A DNA stretch of 63,019 nucleotides, filler included, from Nemertoderma westbladi (Eukaryota > Animalia > Xenacoelomorpha): the NCBI GenBank assembly GCA_032718475.1. It is 3 parts of 3 records of this genome, joined end to end, with 100 filler letters (N's around TTAATTAATTAA, not from the genome) between each part and the next. Parts side by side here need not be neighbours in the genome. Positions count along the whole stretch, not along the records: positions 19,647 to 47,483 come from JAUCBJ010003588.1; 2 more parts are not named here. The stretch is one strand, 5' to 3'. Shown piece by piece: positions 22,980-34,900 of this stretch; positions within the stretch are counted from its first letter, which is position 1, and each line of letters begins with the position of its first letter. A model generated the notes under the pieces. It searched no databases, was not told the origin of the DNA, and was given only the letters and a program-made list of their open reading frames with translations. The position numbers and the translations under genes were made by a program.

Positions 22980-25900
22980 TTATTTGCCTGTATATTTATA
23001 TTGTTTTTCGTTTTTCACTCTGTTTAATCTCGGAGTTTTACCATAAATCCTCAGAGCTTCCTGCCTCTCATTGGCTGTTACCATGGTGTCGTCTAGCGCC
23101 TTTAGCTTTGGAAACTGACTGATTACATAATGTCTATAAACAAATTATAATTAAGAACAAAAAATTATATTGTTTTAAATATTACTAGTTAACGAGATTT
23201 TAAAAAAGCAATTAACTTATTTTTTATTAGGTTTATTTACTATATTAGTAAATTTAAAGCTTAAGTTGGATAATTACAGCCATAGATGACTTACTCAATT
23301 CGCTATCTTTTTACGGTTACCATTAAAAATACATTGGTACAGGAGTTGTGCCGGTGGCAATGGAGTTGTGCCGGTGGCACTGGAGTTGTGCCGGTGCCAC
23401 ACTTTTCAACCGTCAACCGGGTGCCTGGTCAATTTTCGTTTTTGTATCAAATATGCTACACCATGTGGAAAGCCTTTCCTAAATTTGTAGCAAATAAGCT
23501 ACTGTTTATATTTTATCTCATAGTTTTTCTAAAGTTACAACGAAAAGAAAAGATACATAATACATTTTGGTGTGCTTCGTAGCATAAAGCAGCGGCTTTA
23601 TCATCAACAATAATTACTCCATGGTTTATTGGGTTAAAAATTCATAGATTGACACCCCGATAATGATATTTACATCCTTTTGAACACCTACCGGGATTTA
23701 ATGTTGTTAATGTCAATTCAAGGTCCATTTCTAAGTTGACCCTCTTTGAGCCTGGCCTGGCATAATGAACCCAGTGAATTATTCTAGTTGAGTAGAGAGC
23801 CCAGAGTGGAGTAGGCCTACACAAAAGTGGAAAATATTGCATCTAGTTCCACCTCTATTAGTGTACACTAGGTGGCTTTGTAATTTTTTCGCTTTATAGA
23901 GTTGTAGTATATGTGCAACAACATGTTGTGATACCTGTTTGCCTGCCGTGATGCGGTGGTGGGCGGCTGTTTGCCTGCCGTGATGCGGTGGTGGACGGCT
24001 GTTTGCCTGCCGTGATGCGGTGGTGGACGGCTGTTTGGCTGCCGTGATGCGGTGGTGGGCGGCTGTTTGCTTGCCGTGATGCGGTGGTGGGCGGCTGTTT
24101 GCCTGTCGTGATGCGGTGGTGGACGGCTGTTTGCCTGCCGTGATGCGGTGGTGGATGGCTGTTTGCCTGCCGTGATGCAGTGGTGGGCGGCTGTTTGCCT
24201 GCCGTGATGCGGTGGTGGGCGGCTGTTTGACTGCCGTGATGCGGTTGTGGACGGCTGCTTGCCTGCCGTGATGCGGTGGTGGACGGCTGTTTGCCTGCCG
24301 TGATGCGGTGGTGGACGGCTGTTTGCCTGCCGTGATGCGGTGGTGGGCGGCTGTTTGCCTGCCGTGATGCGGTGGTGGACGGCTGTTTGCATGCCGTGAT
24401 GCGGTGGTGGACGGCTGCTTGCCTGCCGTGATGCGGTGGTGGACGGCTGTTTGCCTGCCGTGATGCGGTGGTGGACGGCTGTTTGCCTGCCGTGATGCGG
24501 TGGTGGACGGCTGTTTGCCTGCCGTGATGCGGTGGTGGGCGGCTGTTTGCCTGCCGTGATGCGGTGGTGGACGGCTGTTTGCATGCCGTGATGCGGTGGT
24601 GGACGGCTGCTTGCCTGCCGTGATGCGGTGGTGGACGGCTGTTTGCCTGCCGTGATGCGGTGGTGGACGGCTGTTTGCCTGCCGTGATGCGGTGGTGGAC
24701 GGCTGTTTGCCTGCCGTGATGCGGTGGTGGACGGCTGTTTGCCTGCCGTGATGCGGTGGTGGACGGCTGTTTGCCTGCCGTGATGCGGTGGTGGACGGCT
24801 GTTTGGCTGCCGTGATGCGGTGGTGGACGGCTGTTTGCCTGCCGTGATGCGGTGGTGGCGGCTGTTTGCCTGCCGTGATGCGGTGGTGGGCGGCTGTTTG
24901 ACTGCCGTGATGTGGTTGTGGACGGCTGCTTGCCTGCCGTGATGCGGTGGTGGACGGCTGCTTGCCTGCCGTGATGCGGTGGTGGACGGCTGTTTGCCTG
25001 CCGTGATGCGGTGGTGGGCGGCTGTTTGCCTGTCGTGATGCGGTGGTGGACGGCTGTTTGCCTGCCGTGATGCGGTGGTAGACGGCTGTTTGGCTGCCGT
25101 GATGCGGTGGTGGACGGCTGTTTGCCTGCCGTGATGCGGTGGTGGACGGCTGTTTGCCTGCCGTGATGCGGTGGTGGGCGGCTGTTTGCTTGCCGTGATG
25201 CGGTGGTGGGCGGCTGTTTGCCTGTCGTGATGCGGTGGTGGACGGCTGTTTGCCTGCCGTGATGCGGTGGTGGACGGCTGTTTGCCTGCCGTGATGTGGT
25301 GGTGGAAGGCTGTTTGGCTGCCGTGATGCGGTGGTGGACGGCTGTTTGCCTGCCGTGATGCGGTGGTGGACGGCTGTTTGCCTGCCGTGATGCGGTGGTG
25401 GGCGGCTGTTTGACTGCTGTGATGCGGTTGTGGACGGCTGCTTGCCTGCCGTGATGCGGTGGTGGACGGCTGCTTGCCTGCCGTGATGCGGTGGTGGACG
25501 GCTGTTTGCCTGCCGTGATGCGGTGGTGGACGGCTGTTTGCCTGCCGTGATGCGGTGGTGGGCGGCTGTTTGACTGCCGTGATGCGGTTGTGGACGGCTG
25601 CTTGCCTGCCGTGATGCAGTGGTGGACGGCTGTTTGCCTGCCGTGATGCGGTGGTGGACGGCTGTTTGCCTGCCGTGATGCGGTGGTGGGCGGCTGTTTG
25701 CCTGCCGTGATGCGGTGGTGGACGGCTGTTTGCCTGCCGTGATGCGGTGGAGGGCGGCTGTTTGCCTGTCGTGATGCGGTGGTGGGCGGCTGTTTGCCTG
25801 CCGTGATGCGGGGGTGGACGGCTGCTTGCCTGCCGTGATGCGGTGGTGGACGGCTGTTTGCCTGCCGTGATGCGGTGGTGGGCGGCTGTTTGCCTGCCGT

Positions 25901-28900
25901 GATGCGGTGGTGGACGGCTGTTTGCCTGCCGTGATGCGGTGGTGGACGGTTGTTTGCCTGCCGTGATGCGGTGGTGGGCGGCTGATTGCCTGCCGTGATG
26001 CGGTGGTGGACGGCTGTTTGCCTGCCGTGATGCGGTGGTGGACGGCTGTTTGCCTGCCGTGATGCGGTGGTGGGCGGCTGTTTGCCTGTCGTGATGCGGT
26101 GGTGGACGGCTGTTTGCCTGCCGTGATGCGGTGGTGGACGGCTGTTTGCCTGCCGTGATGCGGTGGTGGACGGCTGTTTGGCTGCCGTGATGCGGTGGTG
26201 GACGGCTGTTTGCCTGCCGTGATGCGGTGGTGGACGGCTGCTTGCCTGCCGTGATGCGGTGGTGGACGGCTGTTTGCCTGCCGTGATGCGGTGGTGGACG
26301 GCTGTTTGCCTGCCGTGATGCGGTGGTGGGCGGCTGTTTGACTGCCGTGATGCGGTTGTGGACGGCTGCTTGCCTGCCGTGATGCGGTGGTGGACGGCTG
26401 TTTGCCTGCCGTGATGCGGTGGTGGACGGCTGTTTGCCTGCCGTGATGAGGTGGTGGGCAGCTGTTTGCCTGCCGTGATACGGTGGTGGATGGCTGTTGC
26501 CTGCCGTGATGCGGTGGTGGGCGGCTGTTTGCCTGTCGTGATGCGGTGGTGGGCGGCTGTTTGCCTGCCGTGATGCGGGGGTGGACGACTGCTTGCCTGC
26601 CGTGATGCGGTGGTGGACGGCTGTTTGCCTGCCGTGATGCGGTGGTGGGCGGCTGTTTGCCTGCCGTGATGCGGTGGTGGACGGCTGCTTGCCAACCGTG
26701 ATGCGGTGGTGGACGGTTGTTTGCCTGCCGTGATGCGGTGTTGGACGGCTGTTTGCCTGCCGTGATGCGGTGGTGGGCGGCTGTTTGCTTGCCGTGATGC
26801 GGTGGTGGGCGGCTGTTTGCCTGCCATGATGCGGTGGTGGGCGGCTGTTTGACTGCCGTGATGCGGTTGTGGACAGCTGCTTGCCTACTACTACTACTAC
26901 TAGGATCGGCATGCTGCATTGCAGCTGCATTTTTAAGAATGCTGTGCCGGCTTGTCAACAAAGTTGCACCGCCACAACTCCCTATCACCCATGACATTTG
27001 CTAGATCATCCGCATCTTTAAGGCCAGTGTCCTTTAAGATGCGTCTCAAGAAAGTCATGGGCTTTCCACCATGCTTATTCACGCCATGAGGCTGCCAAAG
27101 TACAAGATTATGCACTGGCTGGTCCTCACGGCGAAAGCAATGTCCTGCAAAGCGGAGGCGATTTTGTTCTAGTGTCAAGCTTGGGGGAACCAATGAGACA
27201 CCTCCAATGTTATATAGTGTCTGGTTGGAGATGTGTGCATTGTACTTGACACAATGTACCCGGCGTAGCATTCTTGTGAATGTGCCATCCAGAGATTTGG
27301 TGTCCTCAGCAGTTAGAGCCCAGCATGGACTCCCGTAGAGGAGTACTGGAACTACTGCTGCTCTAAATAATCGGACCTTAAGTTTCCGATTAATTCTAGG
27401 TGACTTCCAAATCCTGGAAAGCCTATTCAAGGCTGCCCATGCCATTCCCTTACGTATTCGAAGGTCCTCACCTGACTTCTGGATCCATGATCCCAGGTAA
27501 CAGAAGTCGTCCACATGCTCAAGCATACCATCCTTTGAGCTTATGCTCATCCGATCAGAGACTTGCTGAGGACTTTCAAAGTTAACTGTCAGAATTTTGG
27601 TCTTTCTGGAGTTAATAAAAAGACCAACACTAGAAGCAGCATGTTCTAATGAGCTGAGGAGCCGCTGGGCTCCCTCTAATGATTCTGAGAGTACTCCTAA
27701 GTCATCAGCAAAGTCTAGATCAGTTAGGTACTTGGCAGGATTTCCTCGACTTCTGGAGCCAGTAGGTGGAGTTATCATCACCCCATCATCATTATGATGA
27801 TCTAAGGACATGCGTAGAACATAGTCAACCACAATATTGAACAAGAATGGTGCAAGTGTGTCTCCTTGGAGGACGCCCCATAACACTTCAAATGGTTCTG
27901 TGTCACCGTCAACAGTAGACACAAATGTTGTCGAACCATCGTATACTGATCTGATTGCTGCTTGCCTGCCGTGATGCGGTGGTGGACGGCTGCTTGCCTG
28001 CCGTGATGCGGTGGTGGACGGCTGTTTGCCTGCCGTGATGCGGTGGTGGACGGTTGTTTGCCTGCCATGATGCGGTGGTGGGCGGCTGTTTGACTGCCGT
28101 GATGCGGTTGTGGACGGCTGCTTGCCTGCCGTGATGCGGTGGTGGATGGCTGTTTGCCTGCCGTGATGCGGTGGTGGATGGCTGTTTGCCTGCCGTGATG
28201 CAGTGTTGGACGGCTGTTTGCCTGCCGTGATGCGGTGGTGGGCGGCTGTTTTATTGCCGTGATGCGGTGGTGGGCGGCTGGTTGCCTGCCGTGATGCGGT
28301 GGTGGACGGCTGTTTGCCTGCCGTGATGCGGTGGTGGACGGCTGTTTGCCTGCCGTGATGCGGTGGTGGGCGGCTGTTTGCCTGTCGTGATGCGGTGGTG
28401 GGTGGCTGTTTGCCTGCCATGATGCGGAGGTGGATGGCTGCTTGCCTGCCGTGATGCGGTGGTGGACGGCTGTTTGCCTGCCGTGATGCGGCGGTGGGCG
28501 CTGTTTGCCTGCCGTGATGCGGTGGTGGAAGGCTGCTTGCCAACCGTGATGCGGTGGTGGACGGTTGTTTGCCTGCCGTGATGCGGTGTTGGACGGCTGT
28601 TTGCCTGCCGTGATGCGGTGGTGGGCGGCTGTTTGCCTGCCGTGATGCGGTGGTGGACGGCTGTTTGCCTGCCGTGATGCGGTGGTGGGCGACACCTAAA
28701 TAATAATGTCAGTGAGACAGTTTCCGACAATAGTGTACATATATCTGCTCCGAACTCAGATCCAAAGTGGACAGAAAATATGGCGAACTGTCAAATATGA
28801 TTGTTAATATTTGATTGTTAATATTTATAATCCATACATATGGAGCAACTGAGATACTAGTTAAAATTAAATTAAAACAATAATGTGACCATATAATTAG

Positions 28901-31900
28901 ATAAAATGTAATTAGTTCCGTAACTTATGTAAAAAAAAGGGTATTCCGTAAATGATTAAAATTTGACGTATTAACTGCGCATTTGGGGTCGATCAGTGGT
29001 CATCAGCCAGATTGCTGTTCGTAGGCGGGATCTGCAAAGGGGGATAGCCTGACATTCCAGGTAATGTTGTTTGGTGGTCGCTGAGCAACCACACATCCAG
29101 CATTCACAGCTATCAGCTGGCCTCCAACAACTGGGATTGGTGCAGATGCGGTGGTGGTATCCATTTGATATCAGCTGTGCGGCATAGCGGCGGCGTAAAC
29201 CGGAAAGTCCAGTAACGTCTATGTCGGACGCGTCTGGATGGTCAATGGCGTGGATGATTGCAGTAGACGAGGCAAACTTGCTGATTCCGCACCATAACTT
29301 CCAGTAGAACGCTCGCACCCGTTGCACGTGGTCCAGTTGTGTAATGTCGCTACTTGTGAAAATACTGCACCCGTATGTTGTCGATGGAAGGACGATTGAT
29401 TGCCATAAACGTTGTGCCGATTGTTGGGATACTATACGAAGATTAACTTTTGTAGCGATTAATACACAACTTGATATGCCTTTAGAATACATGTGACCAT
29501 AATGCCCGCTAGCCCCATTTTTGGTTGATAGGATTACTCCTAAGTATTGAAAACAGTTCTGGAATTCCAATACTTGCCCGTTGTATTCCAGAACATCAGT
29601 GCGTGCCAATCTACCTCCACGGCGAAACTTAACGGCTTTAGTCTTTGTGATATTGACTTCGAGTTTGTTAAGTTTACAATAATCAGCGAGTTTATTCAAA
29701 CTAGATTGTACGTCTGCGATCGAGTCTCCAACAATTACTAGGTCGTTGGCGTACATTATCACCCAGATAGTAGCGAACACAATGTATGCGGGAAGGTCTG
29801 CCACGAAGAGACTAAATAATAGTGGGGAGAGTTTGTCGCCTTGGACTACTCCAACCGTTTGAGCGATCGGTTCCAACACGTGCACTCCTACGCAGATGCA
29901 CACGAAGTTTATCGAGATCAAGGTCCAAATCGCGCTGATAAACTTTCGGCTCAATCCCACATTCGATAGTTTCATGCAGAGTATCTCGCGGTTTATTGAG
30001 TCAAAACATTTCCGGAAGTCTACAAAGACGCAATAAACGTGCCCGCCTGCTGGTTGTATAGCGATGTTAATACGGTTATATAAACATCTAACGGCGTCTA
30101 TCGTAGATCGCGACTTCCTGAACCCGTATTGAGCGCCAGGGAACGCGCCGATGCGCTCCGCCCAGTTGTACAGTCTTGTTGCTAAGATCGACGTGTAGGT
30201 TTTTAGCAAACACGAGAGTAACGCAATCCCGCGGTAACAGTCAGGCGAGGACTTACTTCCCTTCCCTTTGTACAACGGTATTAAGTATGACTTGAGCCAT
30301 GCAGTGGGACACGTAGCTGCGGTAAAACATATACTAAATATACTTAATAGGTACGGGTGTAAGTGACCGATACCGAGCTTTAATGATTCCCCTGTGACAC
30401 CATCTGGGCCCGCAGCTTTATGCTGTTTCTGTTTGTAGACCGCCTCCGTGATCTCAGCAGGGTCAATTGGTTTATCTAACGCATCGACTGGCTGTTCGGG
30501 GATTGTTGGCAGCTGTGGACGACTATCTGAAGCGAGTAGCTTCATGAAGTGGGATGACCAGGATTCCTCAGAGACCTGTTGCACTACGGGTTTAGTTGTT
30601 GATCGTTTGCCTTTTAGTAGATTCCAGAAATTAGATTTATCCTCCTCACTGCGTTCAATTAGTTCAATTTCCTTTCTTTCCTCGTACAGCTTCTTTTTGC
30701 GTATTAGTAGATGTTTGTAATTTCGTTTGCTAACTGTATAAAGCTCCCTTGATTCAACAGTGGAATTGATACGAACCATTTCGAATTTATTTGTAATATC
30801 CTCCTTTGCTAGGTAGCACTCCCGGTCGAACCAGGGTTTCGCTGTCCGATGTTTGTGGTGGTGGTGGGTGCGGTGGTGGACGGCTGTTTGCCTGCCGTGA
30901 TGCGGTGGTGGACGGCTGTTTGCCTGCCGTGATGCGGTGGTGGGCGGCTGTTTGACTGCCGTGATGCGGTTGTGGATGGCTGCTTGCCTGCCGTGATGCG
31001 GTGGTGGACGGCTGCTTGCCTGCCGTGATGCGGTGGTGGACGGCTGTTTGCCTGCCGTGATGTGGTGGTGGACGGCTGTTTGCCTGCTGTGATGCGGTGG
31101 TGGGCGGCTGTTTGACTGCCGTGATGCAGTTGTGGACGGCTGCTTGCCTGCCGTGATGCGGTGGTGGACGGCTGTTTGCCTGCTGTGATGCGGTGGTGGA
31201 CGGCTGTTTGCCTGCCGTGATGCGGTGGTGGGCGGCTGTTTGCCTGCCGTGATACGGTGGTGGATGGCTGTTTGCCTGCCGTGATGCGGTGGTGGGCGGC
31301 TGTTTGCCTGTCGTGATGCGGTGGTGGGCGGCTGTTTGCCTGCCGTGATGCGGGGGTGGACGACTGCTTGCCTGCCGTGATGCGGTGGTTGACGGCTGTT
31401 TGCCTGCCGTGATGCGGTGGTGGGCGGCTGTTTGCCTGCCGTAATGCGGTGGTGGACGGCTGCTTGCCAACCGTGATGCGGTGGTGGACGGTTGTTTGCC
31501 TGCCGTGATGCAGTGTTGGACGGCTGTTTGCCTGCCGTGATGCGGTGGTGGGCGGCTGTTTGCTTGCCGTGATGCGGTGGTGGGCGGCTGTTTGCCTGCC
31601 ATGATGCGGTGGTGGACGGCTGTTTGCTTGCCGTGATGCGGTGGTGGGCGGCTGTTTGCCTGCCATGATGCGGTGGTGGACGGCTGTTTGCCTGTCGTGA
31701 TGCGGTGGTCGACGGCTGTTTGCCTGCCGTGATGCGGTGGTGGACGGCTGTTTGCCTGCCGTGATGCGGTGGTGGACGGCTGTTTGCCTGCCGTGATGCG
31801 GTGGTGGGCGGCTGTTTGACTGCCGTGATGCGGTTGTGGACAGCTCCTTGCCTACTACTACTACTACTAGGATCGGCATGCTGCATTGCAGCTGCATTTT

Positions 31901-34900
31901 TAAGAATGCTGTGCCGGCTTGTCAACAAAATTGCACCGCCACAACTCCCTATCACCCATGACATTTGCTAGATCATCCGCATCTTTAAGGCCAGTGTCCT
32001 TTAAGATGCGTCTCAAGAAAGTCATGGGCTGTCCACCATGCTTATTCACGCCATGAGGCTGCCAAAGTACAAGATTATGCACTGGCTGGTCCTCACGGCG
32101 AAAGCAATGTCCTGCAAAGCGGAGGCGATTTTGTTCTAGTGTCAAGCTTGGGGGAACCAATGAGACACCTCCAATGTTATATAGTGTCTGGTTGGAGATG
32201 TGTGCATTGTACTTGACACAATGTACCCGGCGTAGCATTCTTGTGAATGTGCCATCCAGAGATTTGGTGTCCTCAGCAGTTAGAGCCCAGCATGGACTCC
32301 CGTAGAGGAGTACTGGAACTACTGCTGCTCTAAATAATCGGACCTTAAGTTTCCGATTAATTCTAGGTGACTTCCAAATCCTGGAAAGCCTATTCAAGGC
32401 TGCCCATGCCTTTCCCTTACGTATTCGAAGGTCCTCACCTGACTTCTGGATCCATGATCCCAGGTAACAGAAGTCGTCCACATGCTCAAGCATACCATCC
32501 TTTGAGCTTATGCTCATCCGATCAGAGACTTGCTGAGGACTTTCAAAGTTAACTGTCAGAATTTTGGTCTTTCTGGAGTTAATAAAAAGACCAACACTAG
32601 AAACAGCATGTTCTAATGAGCTGAGGAGCCGCTGGGCTCCCTCTAATGATTCTGAGAGTACTCCTAAGTCATCAGCAAAGTCTAGATCAGTTAGGTACTT
32701 GGCAGGATTTCCTCGACTTCTGGAGCCAGTAGGTGGAGTTATCATCACCCCATCATCATTATGATGATCTAAGGACATGCGTAGAACATAGTCAACCACA
32801 ATAATGAACAAGAATGGTGCAAGTGTGTCTCCTTGGAGGACGCCCCATAACACTTCAAATGGTTCTGTGTCACCGTCAACAGTAGACACAAATGTTGTCG
32901 AACCATCGTATACTGATCTGATTGCTGCTTGCCTGCCGTGATGCGGTGGTGGACGGCTGCTTGCCTGCCGTGATGCGGTGGTGGACGGCTGTTTGCCTGC
33001 CGTGATGCGGTGGTGGACGGTTGTTTGCCTGCCATGATGCGGTGGTGGGCGGCTGTTTGACTGCCGTGATGCGTTTGTGGACGGCTGTTTGCCTGCCGTG
33101 ATGCGGTGGTGGACGGCTGTTTGCCTGCCGTGATGCGGTGGTGGACGGCTGTTTGCCTGCCGTGATGCGGTGGTGGACGGCTGTTTGCTTGCCGTGATGC
33201 GGTGGTGGACGGCTGTTTGCCTGCCGTGATGCGGTGGTGGACGGCTGGTTGCCTGCCGTGATGCGGTGGTGGACGGCTGTTTGCTTGTCGTGATGCGGTG
33301 GTGGGCGGCTGTTTGCCTGCCGTGATGCGGTGGTGGACGGCTGTTTGCCTGCCGTGATGCGGTGGTGGATGGCTGTTTGCCTGCCGTGATGCGGTGGTGG
33401 GCAGCTGTTTACCTGCCGTGATGCGGTGGTTGGCGGCTGTTTGCCTGCCGTAATGCGGTGGTGGACGGCTGTTTGCCTGTCGTGATGCGGTGGTGGGCGG
33501 CTGTTTGCCTGCCATGATGCGGGGGTGGATGGCTGTTTGCCTGCCATGATGCGGGGGTGGATGGCTGCTTGCCTGCCATGATGCGGTGGTGGACGGCTGT
33601 TTGCCTGCCGTGATGCGTTGGTGGGCGCTGTTTGCCTGCCGTGATGCGGTGGTGGAAGGCTGCTTGCCAACCATGATGCGGTGGTGGACGCTGCTTGCCT
33701 GCCGTGATGCGGTGGTGGAAGGCTGCTTGCCAACCGTGATGCGGTGGTGGACGGTTGTTTGCCTGCCGTGATGCGGTGTTGGACGGCTGTTTGCCTGCCG
33801 TGATGCGGTGGTGGGCGGCTGTTTGCCTGCCGTGATGCGGTGGTGGACGGCTGTTTGCCTGCCGTGATGCGGTGGTGGGCGGCTGTTTGCCTGTCGTGAT
33901 GCGGTGGTGGGCGGCTGTTTGCCTGCCATGATGCGGGGGTGGATGGCTGTTTGCCTGCCATGATGCGGGGGTGGATGGCTGCTTGCCTGCCATGATGCGG
34001 TGGTGGACGGCTGTTTGCCTGCCGTGATGCGTTGGTGGGCGCTGTTTGCCTGCCGTGATGCGGTGGTGGAAGGCTGCTTGCCAACCATGATGCGGTGGTG
34101 GACGGTTGTTTGCCTGCCGTGATGCGGTGTTGGGCGGCTGTTTGCCTGCCGTGATGCGGTGGTGGGCGGCTGTTTGCCTGCCGTGATGCGGTGGTGGACG
34201 GTTGTTTGCCTGCCGTGATGCGGTGTTGGACGGCTGTTTGCCTGCCGTGATGCGGTGGTGGGCGGCTGTTTGCCTGCCGGATGCGGTGGTGGACGGCTGT
34301 TTGCCTGCTGTGATGCGGTGGTGGACGGCTGTTTGCCTGCCGTGATGCAGTGGTGGGCGCTGTTTGCCTGCCGTGATGCGGTGGTGGAAGGCTGCTTGCC
34401 AACCGTGATGCGGTGGTGGACGGTTGTTTGCCTGTCGTGATGCGGTGTTGGACGGCTGTTTGCCTGCCGTGATGCGGTGGTGGGCGGCTGTTTGCTTGCC
34501 GTGATGCGGTGGTGGGCGGCTGTTTGCCTGCCATGATGCGGCGGTGGACGGCTGTTTGCTTGTCGTGATGCGGTGGTGGGCGGCTGTTTGCCTGCCGTGA
34601 TGCGGTGGTGGATGGCTGTTTGCCTGCCGTGATGCGGTGGTGGACGGCTGTTTGCCTGCCGTGATGCGGTGGTGGACGGCTGTTTGCCTGCCATGATGCG
34701 GTGGTGGACGGCTTTTTGCCTGCCATGATGCGGTGGTGGACGGCTGTTTGCCTGCCGTGATGCGGTGGTGGACGGCTGTTTGCCTGCCGTGATGCGGTGG
34801 TGGACGGCTGTTTGCTTGCCGTGATGCGGTGGTGGACGGCTGTTTGCCTGCCGTGATGCGGTGGTGGACGGCTGTTTGCCTGCCGTGATGCGGTGGTGGG

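Noticed and set aside
26933-31964. Apparent repeat-domain plus RT fusion proteins (536 aa and 997 aa)
   Set aside because: Chance read-through from stop-free satellite into truncated LINE ORFs; the starts are non-ATG or lie in the satellite.
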